Position numbers and translations under genes: made by a program
Part shown: piece after piece, positions 17,142 through 25,568 of the stretch
Numbering within the stretch: position 1 is the stretch's first letter
Layout of the letters: every line of letters begins with the position of its first letter
Notes under the pieces: model-generated
The model's input: only the letters and a program-made list of their open reading frames with translations
The model's database searches: none
Told to the model about the DNA's origin: nothing
Origin: Candidatus Omnitrophota bacterium
Lineage (GTDB): Bacteria; Omnitrophota; Gorgyraeia; Gygaellales; Profunditerraquicolaceae
Length of the DNA: 64,000 nucleotides
Assembly (NCBI GenBank): GCA_022710715.1
Contig: JAKLGJ010000004.1
Span: forward strand, 320,166 to 384,165
Reading direction: 5' to 3'

Positions 17142-19715
17142 ATGCTGATTGTATGGGCTTTGAGTGTGATTGCCTGCGTAGCGATCGCTGTCGCTAAAAA
17201 CCGGTCGTTAGTGGGCTGGTTCTTCCTGGGGCTTTTGCTGGGGCCGATCGCGGTGATTCTGGCCGTTCTGTCCCCGAAAATCGAGAAGACTGGGGCGATC
17301 AAAGTATCGGATGTCGATACTTCCGGCGATCTATCCAGCGATGCGCTCAAGAACCAGTTAACCGCGCTCAAGACCGAAGTGGAGTATCTTAATCGGCGTC
17401 TCGGTATCCTGTCGGAGAAGATCGCTTTGCTGACCCCGGAAAATATGCCTCCGGCGGAAGAAAAGATCGAACCGCCGGTTGCCGAACCGCTGCCTGCCGT
17501 CGAACCGCTGTCCGCCGCCGAACCGTTCCCTCCTGCCCAGAGCAAGGCTACCTCTGCCCAGCAGCCCGATATCGAGACGGATCTGGGTAAATTCTGGTTG
17601 AACAAGATCGGCATTATCGTGTTTTCGCTGGGCGTGGCATTTTTGTTGACCTATGCCTTCGCTCATGTCGGCCCGCTGGCCAAAATAATCTTCGGTTACC
17701 TTATTGCGGTTGGATTGTTTACCGCGGGCGCCAAACTTGAAGTCCGGGAGAAATTCTCCAACTATGGCCGGGTATTGCTGGGCGGGGCATGGGCGATCGC
17801 GTATTTCACCACCTATGCCATGTATCATTTTGAAGCATCGAAAATTCTCTATAACCAGCCTCTGGAACTGATCCTCCTGGCGGTAGTGGCGCTGGGGATC
17901 ATCGCGCATTCTTTGAAGTATAAATCGGAAAGCCTGACCGGGATCGCGCTCTTCATCGGCTACGTCACGTCGGTTATAGGCGATGTGGCGCCGTTCACGT
18001 TGATCAACGCGGGATTCCTGGCTTTGATCTGTCTGTTCCTTGTCTATAAGATGCAGTGGATCCGCTTCATTTTTGTGGGGATCGTGCTGACCTACCTGGT
18101 GCATTTTGCCTGGGTGGTCAAGCAGATCGTCGCTTCGTTCGTGCCGGTAGGCACGCTTGACGTGCAAAACGTTTTCTTTTTGTTCGACGCGGGATTCTTA
18201 AGCATTTACTGGGTGCTGTTCACTGCGGCTTTGCATTTGATAAAGCCCCGGAACGATGCGTCCCACCTGCAAAAATTAGCGATGGCTAATCTGTTGAATT
18301 TTCTGCTGTTTTTCTTCATGACCTACCCCAAATTCTACTATTTCTATCCCCATTTGAAGTTCGAAATAGTCCTGGGCCTGGGAATTGTTTATCTTGTTCT
18401 TTCTATTCTGATGAATCTGGCCAGGCGTCCGGCTCTGTTTGTCTGCGATGTGGTGGTGGGGATCAGTCTGCTGACTTTGTCCATCCCGTTAAAATTCATG
18501 CAGTATCAAACGACGGTGCTCTGGCTGATCGAATTGCCGTTTTTGCTGTTCCTGGGGTTTGTGCTGGAAAAGCGGGTTTTAAGATTCTTGAGCTTCGGAT
18601 TGGCAGTCATGTTATTCCTGAAATTCCTGGTGATGAGCGAATGGACGGGGTTCCTCTCGCTGTTCGGCGCTTTTTCTACCGCGGCCTGTTATATCCTCTA
18701 TCGCTTCGCCCACGCATCCGAGCGCTCCGAACAGTCATTGCAGAATTGCTACAGCGGTTTTTGCGTGGTTTTTGTGAGCATGTACCTGACGCAAACCCTG
18801 AACCCGTTGTGGCTGACTTTTGGACTCTCGCTGCAATCCCTGGTTTTGTTCGTCTGCGGCGTTCTCTTGTGCGACCGTTATATACGCTGGTACGCGCTGG
18901 CTGTTTCAGGGATAGCGGTGAGCAGGTACTTTTTCTATGACCGGTGCGATAGCGTGACCAATCTGCCGCAGGCGGTGATGGTCCTGGGGCCGATCTGTTG
19001 TTCTTTCGCGCAGTATTTTCTTTATCGCGCGCTGGACAAGAAACAACCATTCGGGCAAGTGGAACGTTTCATCAAGCGCCTGGTATTCTTCGCGGCAGCA
19101 TCGCAGCTCGTTTTTGCCGCGGTAGTATACATGCCCAGGATGTGGATCAGTTTAAGCCTGGCCGCGATCGCCGTTTCAGCTCTGTGGTGGGGAGGGAAGA
19201 TCGGGGATATCCCGATACGGGCCTATTCGCTGCTGGTTTTGCTGATGATGGGGCTGCGCTGCGCGTTTATCGACGATTACGCGTGGATGAGCGAAGCGGT
19301 AAAATGGTTTTTGATCTCGGCGAAAATCGCCGCTCTCTACGTTTATTATTTCGTTTTCCGTCAATTGAGAAGAAAAGCGGTCCTGCAGATGCCGGAAGTA
19401 CCGGTGGTCGATCTGCCTTTTTACGCCGGCACCGTGCTGCTCATTCTGATGATCAGCCGATTTATCAAGGACATCTGGATCTCGGTCGCGCTGGGCATCG
19501 CAGGGGTGTTGATGTTCGCGGCGGGATTTTTGCTCAAAGAAAAAATATTCCGCCACGCGGGGTTCATCCTTTTCGGGATCACTCTGGGGAAAATAGTTTT
19601 TATCGATCTTTCGGGCTTGCCGATACTATATAAGATCGTCAGCTTTATCATTATCGGCATCCTGTTCCTGGGGGTTTCCTTCATTTACACCAGGAACAGC
19701 TCGGCCCGCAAATAA
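17142..19715 (+). CDS. DUF2339-like polytopic membrane protein
   Basis: 857 aa. N-terminal TM, a coiled-coil/Pro-rich linker, then more than 20 predicted TM helices. Matches the architecture of DUF2339 proteins. Confidence 0.55.
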   Translation: MLIVWALSVIACVAIAVAKNRSLVGWFFLGLLLGPIAVILAVLSPKIEKTGAIKVSDVDTSGDLSSDALKNQLTALKTEVEYLNRRLGILSEKIALLTPENMPPAEEKIEPPVAEPLPAVEPLSAAEPFPPAQSKATSAQQPDIETDLGKFWLNKIGIIVFSLGVAFLLTYAFAHVGPLAKIIFGYLIAVGLFTAGAKLEVREKFSNYGRVLLGGAWAIAYFTTYAMYHFEASKILYNQPLELILLAVVALGIIAHSLKYKSESLTGIALFIGYVTSVIGDVAPFTLINAGFLALICLFLVYKMQWIRFIFVGIVLTYLVHFAWVVKQIVASFVPVGTLDVQNVFFLFDAGFLSIYWVLFTAALHLIKPRNDASHLQKLAMANLLNFLLFFFMTYPKFYYFYPHLKFEIVLGLGIVYLVLSILMNLARRPALFVCDVVVGISLLTLSIPLKFMQYQTTVLWLIELPFLLFLGFVLEKRVLRFLSFGLAVMLFLKFLVMSEWTGFLSLFGAFSTAACYILYRFAHASERSEQSLQNCYSGFCVVFVSMYLTQTLNPLWLTFGLSLQSLVLFVCGVLLCDRYIRWYALAVSGIAVSRYFFYDRCDSVTNLPQAVMVLGPICCSFAQYFLYRALDKKQPFGQVERFIKRLVFFAAASQLVFAAVVYMPRMWISLSLAAIAVSALWWGGKIGDIPIRAYSLLVLLMMGLRCAFIDDYAWMSEAVKWFLISAKIAALYVYYFVFRQLRRKAVLQMPEVPVVDLPFYAGTVLLILMISRFIKDIWISVALGIAGVLMFAAGFLLKEKIFRHAGFILFGITLGKIVFIDLSGLPILYKIVSFIIIGILFLGVSFIYTRNSSARK

Positions 19716-19727
19716 AGTTATGCACAG

Positions 19728-19762
19728 GGAGTCCCGGAAGGCCTGTGGATAACTTCTCGGGA
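19728..19762. repeat. imperfect copy 2 of DnaA-box palindrome / conserved leader
   Basis: TTATGCACAGGG-AGTCCCGGAAG-GCCTGTGGATAA followed by the same CTTCTC..GAATAT..CTGCA..AACAGGAGGGG leader up to the PilZ start. Confidence 0.8.
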
Positions 19763-19792
19763 ATATACTGCAACGAACAGGAGGGGAAAGTA

Positions 19793-20134
19793 ATGGTCAA
19801 AGAACGCAGATTATTCGTCAGGTTTGCCATGTCCGGTATCGTGGTGGTGCAGATCGATCCGTCGAAAAAAGACACCATTGATTGTGAGCTGTCCGATCTA
19901 AGCTACGACGGTATCGCTTTGTTTTCGCCGCAGGAATTGAAGGCCGACAGCCAGATCAAGTTCATTGTGATCAACGGGCAGTTAAATGTCAATATCGGCG
20001 GGCTGGGAAAAGTAGTTTATTGCAAGCCGGTGCTGTATAACGATAAGTCGTATTTCCGCGTCGGGATTCAATTTATGGAAGTGGACCGCGCGCAAGTCAG
20101 GACCATTCTTACCCGCGTGCGCGATATTCTGTGA
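19793..20134 (+). CDS. PilZ domain protein
   Basis: 'RRLFVRF' (RxxxR) and 'DLSYDGIAL' (D/NxSxxG) c-di-GMP binding motifs. Confidence 0.7.
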   Translation: MVKERRLFVRFAMSGIVVVQIDPSKKDTIDCELSDLSYDGIALFSPQELKADSQIKFIVINGQLNVNIGGLGKVVYCKPVLYNDKSYFRVGIQFMEVDRAQVRTILTRVRDIL

Positions 20135-20143
20135 GAAGGCCGG

Positions 20144-20929
20144 ATGAAAACAGCCATTTATTATTTTTCGGGAACGGGTAATTCCCTGGTCCTGGCCAGA
20201 GACCTGGCCGCGCAGCTGGGTGACGCCCGGATCATCCCCATAGCCAGGACGTTGATCTCCGGATGGGATGAACAGGCGGATATCGTGGGGATCGTTTTCC
20301 CCGTGTACATGTTCGGCTTGCCGCTTATCGTGGCGGATTTTCTTAAAGCGCTGAAAGTCAAGCCCGGCGCGTACGTTTTTACCGGGGCTACTCTAGGCGG
20401 GTTGCCCGGAAGAGCGCATACCCTGGCGCGTCAGATCCTCAAGCGGCGGGGCATTACTCTTGCCGCCGGTTTTTCGGTGCGCATGCCGGGGAATTACACT
20501 CCTCTGTATGAGGCGATCCCGCAGGATCAACAGGAGAAATTGTTCCGCGGGCAGAAAGAGCGGGTTAAAGAGATCGCGAGAATAGTCGAGCAGCGTAAGG
20601 GCGCCTGTAGGGAAGAGAAACCGTTATGGATCAATTCTTTGCTCTACGCCTTAGTATACAAAATCGGCATCGCGCAGATACCTCCGGCGGGAAAAGATTT
20701 CCGGGTCACTGCGGCGTGTAACAAATGCGGGTTGTGCGAAAAGATCTGTCCGGTTGCCAATATTCATCTGCGTGACGGCAAACCGGTATGGCTGCGCCAT
20801 TGTCAGCAATGCATGGCTTGCCTGCAATGGTGCCCGCAGGAAGCGATACAGTATAAACAATCGACGCAGGGACGCAAGCGCTATCGCCATCCGGAGGTAA
20901 CCGCGCAGATGATCATGGAGCAGCGATGA
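20144..20929 (+). CDS. EFR1-family flavodoxin-like protein with 2x[4Fe-4S] ferredoxin domain
   Basis: N-terminal 'AIYYFSGTGNS' flavodoxin-like P-loop. C-terminal 'CNKCGLCEKICP' and 'CQQCMACLQWCP' cluster motifs. Confidence 0.7.
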   Translation: MKTAIYYFSGTGNSLVLARDLAAQLGDARIIPIARTLISGWDEQADIVGIVFPVYMFGLPLIVADFLKALKVKPGAYVFTGATLGGLPGRAHTLARQILKRRGITLAAGFSVRMPGNYTPLYEAIPQDQQEKLFRGQKERVKEIARIVEQRKGACREEKPLWINSLLYALVYKIGIAQIPPAGKDFRVTAACNKCGLCEKICPVANIHLRDGKPVWLRHCQQCMACLQWCPQEAIQYKQSTQGRKRYRHPEVTAQMIMEQR

Positions 20930-21225
20930 CGGATAACGCCCGCCTGGTGTATTCCACCGAACAAGGCAGAATCAGGGAAAAGATCCGCCCGGCGCCGCCG
21001 GTCGGCGATGGGAAAGTGCGCCTGCGCTATGATACCAAAGGGCGTAAAGGCAAAGGGATGACCCTGATCAGCGGGTTGCCGGTTGATGCTGCGGAGCTGG
21101 CGGCGATCGCCAGGAGATTGAAACAGCGATTTGGCACCGGCGGAGCGGTCAAAGACGGCGTCATCGAGCTGCAGGGAGACGTGCGCGAGCAGGCGGCGGA
21201 AGAATTGCGAAGGTACCACCCTTGA
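20926..21225 (+). CDS. SUI1/YciH family translation initiation factor
   Basis: 99 aa. 'RKGKGMTLISGL...GTGGAVKDGVIELQGD' is typical of SUI1. Confidence 0.75.
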   Translation: MTDNARLVYSTEQGRIREKIRPAPPVGDGKVRLRYDTKGRKGKGMTLISGLPVDAAELAAIARRLKQRFGTGGAVKDGVIELQGDVREQAAEELRRYHP

Positions 21226-21239
21226 GCAGGAGAACAGCG

Positions 21240-21809
21240 ATGTTACTACTACGACAGGCACTATTCCTTATGGGTTGTTTATTGTGCGCCTCCCCGGTCC
21301 AGGCAGCCGAAAGCGGGTGGCATGAATTCACCAATACGCGCCAGGGCTATTCCGTGAGCCTGCCGTCGGAACTGCGCATGACCTTTGAGCGGCAGAATGA
21401 TCCGGAATTGTCCGCGCAGAACCTCATGCCCTTCGATTACGTCAATTTCCGCCCGGGGAAAGACGTTGCCGTCGATCTCGAACTGATAGAATTGGGCATC
21501 GGCGTGCATCACAACCGCAAAAACCGCACTGTCCGCGCATTCGCCGATAATAAGGATGTAGGCGTCAGGGCGGCGGTCAAGCAGTTCGTGACCAGACAGG
21601 CTTACGAAGTGGTCGTCGCCGGGATCAAAGGCGTGCGCGACGATTTTTCTCTGGAGAAAGAATCCGGCTGGATCAGCTATTCCCGGGTGATCATTCCTTA
21701 CCGGGATACATTTATCGTTTTCCTGTTCACTACCGGCTGGGAAACGCCGGTTCCCGCATGCGAGCAACTCTTTCAGAAAATCCTGGATAGCTTCAAGATC
21801 GGCAACTGA
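21240..21809 (+). CDS. hypothetical secreted protein
   Basis: Signal peptide 'MLLLRQALFLMGCLLCASPVQA'. AGGAGA RBS upstream of the ATG. Confidence 0.45.
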   Translation: MLLLRQALFLMGCLLCASPVQAAESGWHEFTNTRQGYSVSLPSELRMTFERQNDPELSAQNLMPFDYVNFRPGKDVAVDLELIELGIGVHHNRKNRTVRAFADNKDVGVRAAVKQFVTRQAYEVVVAGIKGVRDDFSLEKESGWISYSRVIIPYRDTFIVFLFTTGWETPVPACEQLFQKILDSFKIGN

Positions 21810-21817
21810 AAGTCCCT

Positions 21818-22210
21818 ATGGCATTTGTTATCGGACAGACCTATACCCGCCAGCAGATCTGCGAAGAGGTCGGCGGCGGCTCGGTGCACGACTACCTGCC
21901 GAACAAGGACGGTAAAGTCCTGTGCGCCTGCTTGAGTCAGGCGTACGGTGCGGATATCCCCGCGGTGATCCTGGTAGGGCAGGGGCCGGGCGTGCAGCAG
22001 CAAGCGGAGATGTTTTTCCGGCAGGCCGCGGCAGTCCCGCTATTTTATAAAAAAATGGCGAACCAGTGGGAATATGCCGGTGATTTCAAGCCGGTCAGAA
22101 GCAGCGAGGCGCCGGAGGAGATCGCCGAATTCGCGGAGGCTTCGGGCCGGCGTAATCTCACCAGGCTGATCTTTCTGGAAGCGGCTGCGCCGCCCGCTCA
22201 AGAGCGATAA
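21818..22210 (+). CDS. hypothetical protein
   Basis: 130-aa ORF in a gene-dense + strand run. No recognisable motif. Confidence 0.35.
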   Translation: MAFVIGQTYTRQQICEEVGGGSVHDYLPNKDGKVLCACLSQAYGADIPAVILVGQGPGVQQQAEMFFRQAAAVPLFYKKMANQWEYAGDFKPVRSSEAPEEIAEFAEASGRRNLTRLIFLEAAAPPAQER

Positions 22211-22368
22211 TCCTTTACTTATCAGACGGTAGTATTATACTGTAAGTGGATAAGGGCGCATTCCTTCAAGCAAGCACTACCGACACAAATCTTCATCGCA
22301 GGTAACCCGCAGGTGTTTTTTTGGCGCTGTATCGTTCCGGACGGCAGTGAACAAAACCGGGGGAAGCG

Positions 22369-22740
22369 ATGAAAAACCCCAAAAAACGCATCATGATTGT
22401 CGAGGATAACTGTATCCTGACCATGGAATTGAAAGAGACCCTGGAAGGGTTCGGTTATGAAGTGCCGGTTATTGCGTCGAGAGCTCGGGACGTGGTCAAA
22501 CAGGCCAGAGAACAAAGACCGGATCTGATCCTGATGGACATCAATCTGGAGGAAAAAGAGGACGGGATCGATCTGGCCAGGGCCATCCGGACATTCCTTC
22601 CGTCGCCGATCATTTTTCTAAGCGGCTATACCGATCCCGCGACACAGGCGCGCGCCCGGGAAGTTCATCCGTACCGCTTTATCGGTAAACCGTATGATGT
22701 CGCGCAATTGCAGTCCATAGTGAAGAGCGCGCTACCATAG
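22369..22740 (+). CDS. single-domain response regulator (CheY-like receiver)
   Basis: 'IMIVEDN', 'LILMDINL' (phospho-acceptor Asp) and 'FLSGY' receiver motifs. No output domain. Confidence 0.8.
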   Translation: MKNPKKRIMIVEDNCILTMELKETLEGFGYEVPVIASRARDVVKQAREQRPDLILMDINLEEKEDGIDLARAIRTFLPSPIIFLSGYTDPATQARAREVHPYRFIGKPYDVAQLQSIVKSALP

Positions 22741-22772
22741 CGTAGTGTTGATGCACACATCCGGGGAGGAGC

Positions 22773-23078
22773 ATGAAAAAGTGTCCGTTCTGCGCCGAAG
22801 AGATACAGGATGAGGCGATAAAATGCAGGCATTGCGGCGAAATGCTGGACAAAAAGCCGAAGGAGCCGTGGTATCAGCAAAACTCGATCATTGTGGTGAT
22901 GTTCTTGTTTGTCGGGCCCCTGGCCCTGCCGCTGGTCTGGATCAATCCGCGCTATAATCTCGCGGTCAAGATAACGGTCACCGCGCTGACGCTGGCGGCC
23001 AGCTATTACCTCTGGATCCTCTGCGCTCATTCGATGAAGTCCATTACCGCCTATTATCAGCTGCTTTCCACGCGATAG
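22773..23078 (+). CDS. zinc-ribbon domain membrane protein
   Basis: 'CPFCAEEI...CRHCGEML' is a CxxC...CxxC ribbon, followed by two TM helices. Confidence 0.55.
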   Translation: MKKCPFCAEEIQDEAIKCRHCGEMLDKKPKEPWYQQNSIIVVMFLFVGPLALPLVWINPRYNLAVKITVTALTLAASYYLWILCAHSMKSITAYYQLLSTR

Positions 23079-23346
23079 GCGGAGAGCGCGCCGAAGAAAA
23101 CGTTTCCAAAAAAAACCCGCCATGGGCTTGAAAACCGGTAATTTTCGGGTAAACTCATACTAGAAAGTCAACCTAGAATGGAATACCCGTCTTCACCCTG
23201 TCGGTGCAGGCGGTCTACTAGAATAAGAATAACGCCACGGTTCTTAATGAATCGTGGCGTTTTCTTTTTCTAGCAGAGGGGAAATCAGAGAAACATGGGG
23301 CTTGAGCTCCACTGAGCAAAAACTCAGAAAAAAAAGGGGGAGAAGC

Positions 23347-23937
23347 ATGTTTACACAAACCAGAGGAGTTGTTGTAGTTCTTCTTGCGGTAGTATTGCTG
23401 TTGGGAACCTGTTCGAACAGTATGGCGTTTATCAGCAATCCCAACGGATGTTTCCGCTCGCCGACCAATGCCGAAGCCAGAGCAGGCCGGAGCAGTTTCG
23501 TTCCGGTCAATTGCCGCACCGGCAATGATCTGTCCAAATCCACCACCTTCAACGCCAAATCGTATTTGTTCAACACCATGCCTGCCAGAAACGTTCTTTC
23601 CACGGTCAGTTTCGATGCCAAAAAGAACCTGAATTCCTCGTTCAACTGGAAAGAATGCGGCGTGCAGTATAACCTGAACATCAAAGGTACGCCGGATGTC
23701 ACCACCAACAGCGTTTCCGGACTGCATTTCAACCAGGGGATCGCCAGCCTGAAAGTGGGCGATACGTTCAATCTGTACCAGGGCAAGGCCAACGGCACCG
23801 ACCAGTCGATCACCCGTTACGGGTTCACCATCAATGAGATCAAAACATCGGCGGACTGCAAGACTGTGGATATCACCATGACCTATGATGCCAAGACCGA
23901 GAACCTCCGGCCGCGGGTTTTTCAGCCTGCTGCGTAA
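23347..23937 (+). CDS. hypothetical secreted protein
   Basis: Signal peptide 'VVVVLLAVVLLLGTCSNSMA'. Asn/Thr-rich beta-type sequence. AAGGGGGAG RBS. Confidence 0.45.
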   Translation: MFTQTRGVVVVLLAVVLLLGTCSNSMAFISNPNGCFRSPTNAEARAGRSSFVPVNCRTGNDLSKSTTFNAKSYLFNTMPARNVLSTVSFDAKKNLNSSFNWKECGVQYNLNIKGTPDVTTNSVSGLHFNQGIASLKVGDTFNLYQGKANGTDQSITRYGFTINEIKTSADCKTVDITMTYDAKTENLRPRVFQPAA

Positions 23938-24047
23938 GCAATACGCGTTGTTGAACGTGTAAAAGTTCAAGAGTTACGACAGGAACGCCTTGATTGTCCG
24001 GCCACCCAACCGCCGGCGGATCAAGGCGTTTTTGTCGTATGCTTGTC

Positions 24048-25340
24048 TTAAACCGTTTTGAACTGCGCCGGCGCAAGGCGATGGATCACCCGCGAGGTCC
24101 AGAAGAAGATCCCGCCTTCGATGATCACGGTGGCGCAGGCGGCTCCCAGCCAGGAAAAAGCGTAGATGCAGCCGAAAATGAGCGGCAGCCCGAACAGCGC
24201 GGCGGTAATGTGTATGCGGGCATAGTTTCTGGTTTTGCCGCAGACCAGGAGAAACTGGACTTTGAAAGCGTTAGCGGCGACAAAAAGCACCGAGAGCAGC
24301 AGCAGGCGGAAAGTGAGGATGACTTCCGGGTAGGGCTTGCCGCAGATCCAGCCGGTGATCAGGCCGGCGCATACGTAGATCAGCGGTATGGAAACCGAGG
24401 AAATCCCGGTGGTGACCTGCTGGATGCGCAGCATCAGCTCCCAGGCTTTCTTGCGGTTGCGCTGGTAGATCTTGCTCAACCGGGGATAGAGCGCCTGGGT
24501 CAGCGAAGCCAGGGGGAACATCTGCACGATCTGGGCCATGCGCTCGGCGATGGAATAATAGCCGGTGAACATGTTGTTGGTCAACAGCCCGACGGCAAAG
24601 ATGCGCGTGGCGGTATACGCGTTGATGGCCACGATCGAAGAGAAAATATTCCAGCCGGATTTGATCTGCTGGCGGATGTCCGGATAAGCCTGGAAGACGA
24701 AGAACACCCCGAATTTGCGAAAGACCATGCGCAGTCCGATGATGCCGGTAATGATCGAGACCCCGGAGTAGATCACCGGGATGCGCAGGTAATCTTCCGG
24801 ACTGCTCACGAAAATGAAGATCAAAGCGGTGATGATCAGGCCGGCGATGATATTCAGCTTCGCGATGTGGCGCATGCGTTCGGTTCCCTGGTAATACCAG
24901 ACCGGAAAGAGCGTATTGCCGATGACGATGCCGAAACTCAAGACGAATACCAGCCAGTCGTGGCGAAAGCGCGGGATAAAGCGCACGATCAACAGCAGCA
25001 GCACGCAGCTGATCACCGCCAGCGCGATCTTTACCGTCATCACCGAGGAGAAAATAGCGCAGACTTTGTCGTTCTTTTCTTTGCACAGCGCGATTTCCCG
25101 GGTGGCGGAAAGATTGAACCCGTAATCGGTCAGGATCAGGAAATACTGCACGAAAGCCTGGGCGAAAGCGATCAGTCCGAATTTTTCCGGTCCGATGACC
25201 CGGATCAGATAGGGCAAGAGCAGCAGGGGAAGGACGTAATTGATCGCCTGCAGGGTGGAGAGCGACAGGAAATTGTGCAGCACCAGCCGGCGTTCGTGGA
25301 AAGAGACCATCTTGAGGATGGTTTTTATTTTTTTGATCAT
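24048..25340 (-). CDS. polysaccharide biosynthesis protein / oligosaccharide flippase (Wzx/MOP family)
   Basis: 430 aa with about 12 TM helices. N-terminus 'LSTLQAINYVLPLLLLPYLIRVIGPEKFGLIAFAQAF' is typical of Wzx-type flippases. Confidence 0.7.
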   Translation of the reverse strand: MIKKIKTILKMVSFHERRLVLHNFLSLSTLQAINYVLPLLLLPYLIRVIGPEKFGLIAFAQAFVQYFLILTDYGFNLSATREIALCKEKNDKVCAIFSSVMTVKIALAVISCVLLLLIVRFIPRFRHDWLVFVLSFGIVIGNTLFPVWYYQGTERMRHIAKLNIIAGLIITALIFIFVSSPEDYLRIPVIYSGVSIITGIIGLRMVFRKFGVFFVFQAYPDIRQQIKSGWNIFSSIVAINAYTATRIFAVGLLTNNMFTGYYSIAERMAQIVQMFPLASLTQALYPRLSKIYQRNRKKAWELMLRIQQVTTGISSVSIPLIYVCAGLITGWICGKPYPEVILTFRLLLLSVLFVAANAFKVQFLLVCGKTRNYARIHITAALFGLPLIFGCIYAFSWLGAACATVIIEGGIFFWTSRVIHRLAPAQFKTV

Positions 25341-25568
25341 GCGCGACTCCGCTTAATCTGTATTTTACTTTACTCTTGAAATGTACTCCCGTCAACAACA
25401 AAAACCCGGTTTGAAACCGTTTTCAGGATACCCCCGCCGGAGTCTTTAATTCGCCCTCTATATAAGGTATACTTATAGCGGTTGGTAACCACACACTCTT
25501 TCTATCCCTTCAATAGAGAGAGCTATTTTTTTAATCACAATCTAAACATTTTCAAAAAGCCGGAGCGT

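Noticed and set aside
17068-19762. DnaA-box palindromes as a chromosomal replication origin (oriC)
   Set aside because: Only two sites are present, each a single convergent box pair. There are no AT-rich unwinding element, no box cluster and no dnaA/dnaN/gyrB nearby. Both lie in 5' leaders of ordinary genes, so a regulatory operator or RNA hairpin is more likely.
23994-25379. 461-aa plus-strand ORF (Arg/Asp/Gln/His-rich, low complexity) overlapping the Wzx flippase region
   Set aside because: It lies exactly antisense to a convincing 12-TM flippase ORF on the minus strand. Its composition is what a GC-rich antisense frame produces. It has no RBS or motif.
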